In this document: positions 62,162 to 64,000 of the stretch, piece after piece | How positions within the stretch are numbered: position 1 is the stretch's first letter | How the letters are laid out: every line of letters starts with the position of its first letter | Assembly (NCBI GenBank): GCA_030390025.1 | Contig: JASTWF010000034.1 | Span: forward strand, 806,001 to 870,000 | Length of the DNA: 64,000 bases | Direction: 5' to 3' | From: Squalus acanthias | Lineage: Eukaryota | The notes under the pieces: generated by a model | Seen by the model: only the letters and a program-made list of their open reading frames with translations | Databases searched by the model: none | What the model was told of the DNA's origin: nothing | Program-made: the position numbers and the translations under genes

Positions 62162-64000
62162 TTAGTTCATCTTTTCTCCATATATTTTTAATTGTGTCCA
62201 ATGTTTCCAGACTCCCTTCCCCCTTATGTCCAGACAGGCACAGGTATCACCACTAATTATAATTTCGTAGGGTCCGCTCCATTTTGGGGCGAAGCCTGGC
62301 TTGTCAGGCAGGACCTTCAGCATCACTTTGCTGCCCGCTGACGGCACGGAGGGTGTCATGACCCCCTCCTGTGCCTGATCCTGGAGTTCCTGATTGTCTC
62401 GTACGGCTTGGCGCATCCCCTTCAGTTGGGTGCTAAGCTCTAAGACATAACGCCGTAGTCTGTCCTTTAAGGGGCCCACATCAGCCCCACCTGTTATGAT
62501 GCCTTCTGGTAATTGCATCGCCCTTCCTGTCATTAGTTCATAAGGGGTCAGGCCTGTCGTACGATTCGTGGTGGCTCGTAACTTCATTAGGATAAGGGGT
62601 AAAACCTCAACCCATGTTTTCCCAGATTCCTGTATTGCCTTTGCTAAAGCGTTTTTGAGTGTTCGATTCATTCTTTCAACCATTCCCGAGCTCTGGGGGT
62701 GGTAAGGGATATGGAACTTCTGTTTGATCCCCATCAGCTGACAAATATTCTTTACTACACTCCCTGTAAAGTGCGTTCCTTGGTCAGAGTCGATTTGCAA
62801 GGGCACTCCCCACCGCGGGATTACTTCCTCGGCCAGGATTCTGGCTACCGTTAAGGCCGTGCAATTCCGCGTTGGGAAAGCTTCTACCCACCTTGTGAAC
62901 TGGTCAATTATCACAAGGCAGTATATTTTTCCGTGGGACTGGGGAAGTGGTCCCGTAAAATCAATTTGTATGTGCTCCCAAGGACCTCGGGGTCTTGGCT
63001 GGTGGCCCATTCTAATTTTAATAGGCCGGCCAGGATTATGCTGAGCACAAGTGATACATCGCTGACAGTGCCTCGCGATGTCTCTTCCCATCCCCTTCCA
63101 CCACCAATCCTTACTTAATAAGGAGCTCATTGCCTCTCTCCCTGTATGTGAAATACCGTGATGTATCTCTAGCAGAGTCTGTTGTATGCACTCCGGTGCT
63201 ACTACTTTACCTTCTTTTCGCCAGACTCGATCGGATCCTACTCCAGCTCCATTTCTTACCCATGTTTCCTTTTCCGTGTCTGATGCTTCGTCTTGGACTT
63301 CCCAGATCTTTATTTCGTTCTCCGGGCTGTCTACGCTGCCCACCAGTACTTCGTTTATCTCCTCCTGTTCTAGAGCTGCCTGTGCTGCCCAATCAGCCGC
63401 CTGGTTCCCCTGGTGGCTGTCCCAGTCTGGGCTTGTCTTGTCTGGTTCTTTCTGATGGGCCTTAATTTTGATAACTGCCACCTGTTTAGGTCTTTTGCTT
63501 GCTTCTAGCAAGGCCTCTATTCGTCCCTGATGTTTGATGGGGTTACCTCCTGTGGTTATATACCCTCTACGTCCCCATGCTGTCATGTAGTCATGCACTA
63601 CCCCGAAGGCATACCGGCTATCTGTGTATATATTGACTACCTGGTTCTTTGCTTCATTCAATGCTTGAGTCAACGCGACCAACTCTGCTACTTGGGCTGA
63701 TAAGCTACCGTCTAACCGTCCAGATTTAACTACTTCCATCTTACTATTAACTACTGCCCACCCGGTTCGGGGTTGTCCATTAATATATTTACGGGATCCA
63801 TCTACATAGAATGTTTCCTCCACTTCCTCTAGAGGGGTGTCTTTGATAATCTCTTCTCCAATGTCCTCGTCTATTTTTTTACAACTGTGTGGGGCTCCTG
63901 TTCCCAGGATCCCCTCAGCTGGGTTCTCCCCTATGTCTCTGACTATGATGATAGACTCGTTAGGGGGTAATAGAACTGCTTCCCACTTAGCTCTTCTCAT
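62162..64000 (-). CDS. pol: Retroviral Pol (partial): RNase H and integrase, uninterrupted
   Basis: YVDGS, AELVAL, YTDSRY, GNQAAD (RNase H); HH-CC zinc motif; IDFTG, DSDQG, VERMN (DDE). Confidence 0.97.
   Translation of the reverse strand: MRRAKWEAVLLPPNESIIIVRDIGENPAEGILGTGAPHSCKKIDEDIGEEIIKDTPLEEVEETFYVDGSRKYINGQPRTGWAVVNSKMEVVKSGRLDGSLSAQVAELVALTQALNEAKNQVVNIYTDSRYAFGVVHDYMTAWGRRGYITTGGNPIKHQGRIEALLEASKRPKQVAVIKIKAHQKEPDKTSPDWDSHQGNQAADWAAQAALEQEEINEVLVGSVDSPENEIKIWEVQDEASDTEKETWVRNGAGVGSDRVWRKEGKVVAPECIQQTLLEIHHGISHTGREAMSSLLSKDWWWKGMGRDIARHCQRCITCAQHNPGRPIKIRMGHQPRPRGPWEHIQIDFTGPLPQSHGKIYCLVIIDQFTRWVEAFPTRNCTALTVARILAEEVIPRWGVPLQIDSDQGTHFTGSVVKNICQLMGIKQKFHIPYHPQSSGMVERMNRTLKNALAKAIQESGKTWVEVLPLILMKLRATTNRTTGLTPYELMTGRAMQLPEGIITGGADVGPLKDRLRRYVLELSTQLKGMRQAVRDNQELQDQAQEGVMTPSVPSAGSKVMLKVLPDKPGFAPKWSGPYEIIISGDTCACLDIRGKGVWKHWTQLKIYGEKMN

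Larger units (their letters stand above)
59965..64000 (-). mobile_element. Class I (gamma/epsilon-like) endogenous retrovirus, 3' half
   Basis: pol-env-PPT-LTR order on the minus strand; continues beyond the window. Confidence 0.95.

Overview
Vertebrate genomic DNA, most likely from a cartilaginous fish (inferred from the repeat landscape, not proven). 1-27584: tandem array of ~1.81-1.84 kb units, each with a minus-strand tRNA-Leu(UAG) (16 copies) and a minus-strand initiator tRNA-Met locus (15 copies). Nine tRNA-iMet copies share an 11-bp deletion that rewrites the acceptor stem, five are intact and one looks chimeric. Each unit also has one CTCF-like site. 27585-28084: 500-N gap. 28085-36306: ~8.2 kb GC-rich 27-bp satellite whose core is the YY1/Kozak motif AAGATGGCGGC; it runs directly into a first-exon-like sequence with a perfect splice donor. 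36.6-58 kb: SINE, CR1 and RTE fragments, several minisatellites, a Harbinger-type MITE and four exons of an unprocessed PEX5 pseudogene (minus strand). 59965-64000: 3' half of an apparently intact class I endogenous retrovirus (open pol RNase H/integrase, small TM ORF, open env, PPT, 510-bp 3' LTR) inserted in a CR1. Family assignments come from recalled consensus sequences, not database searches.
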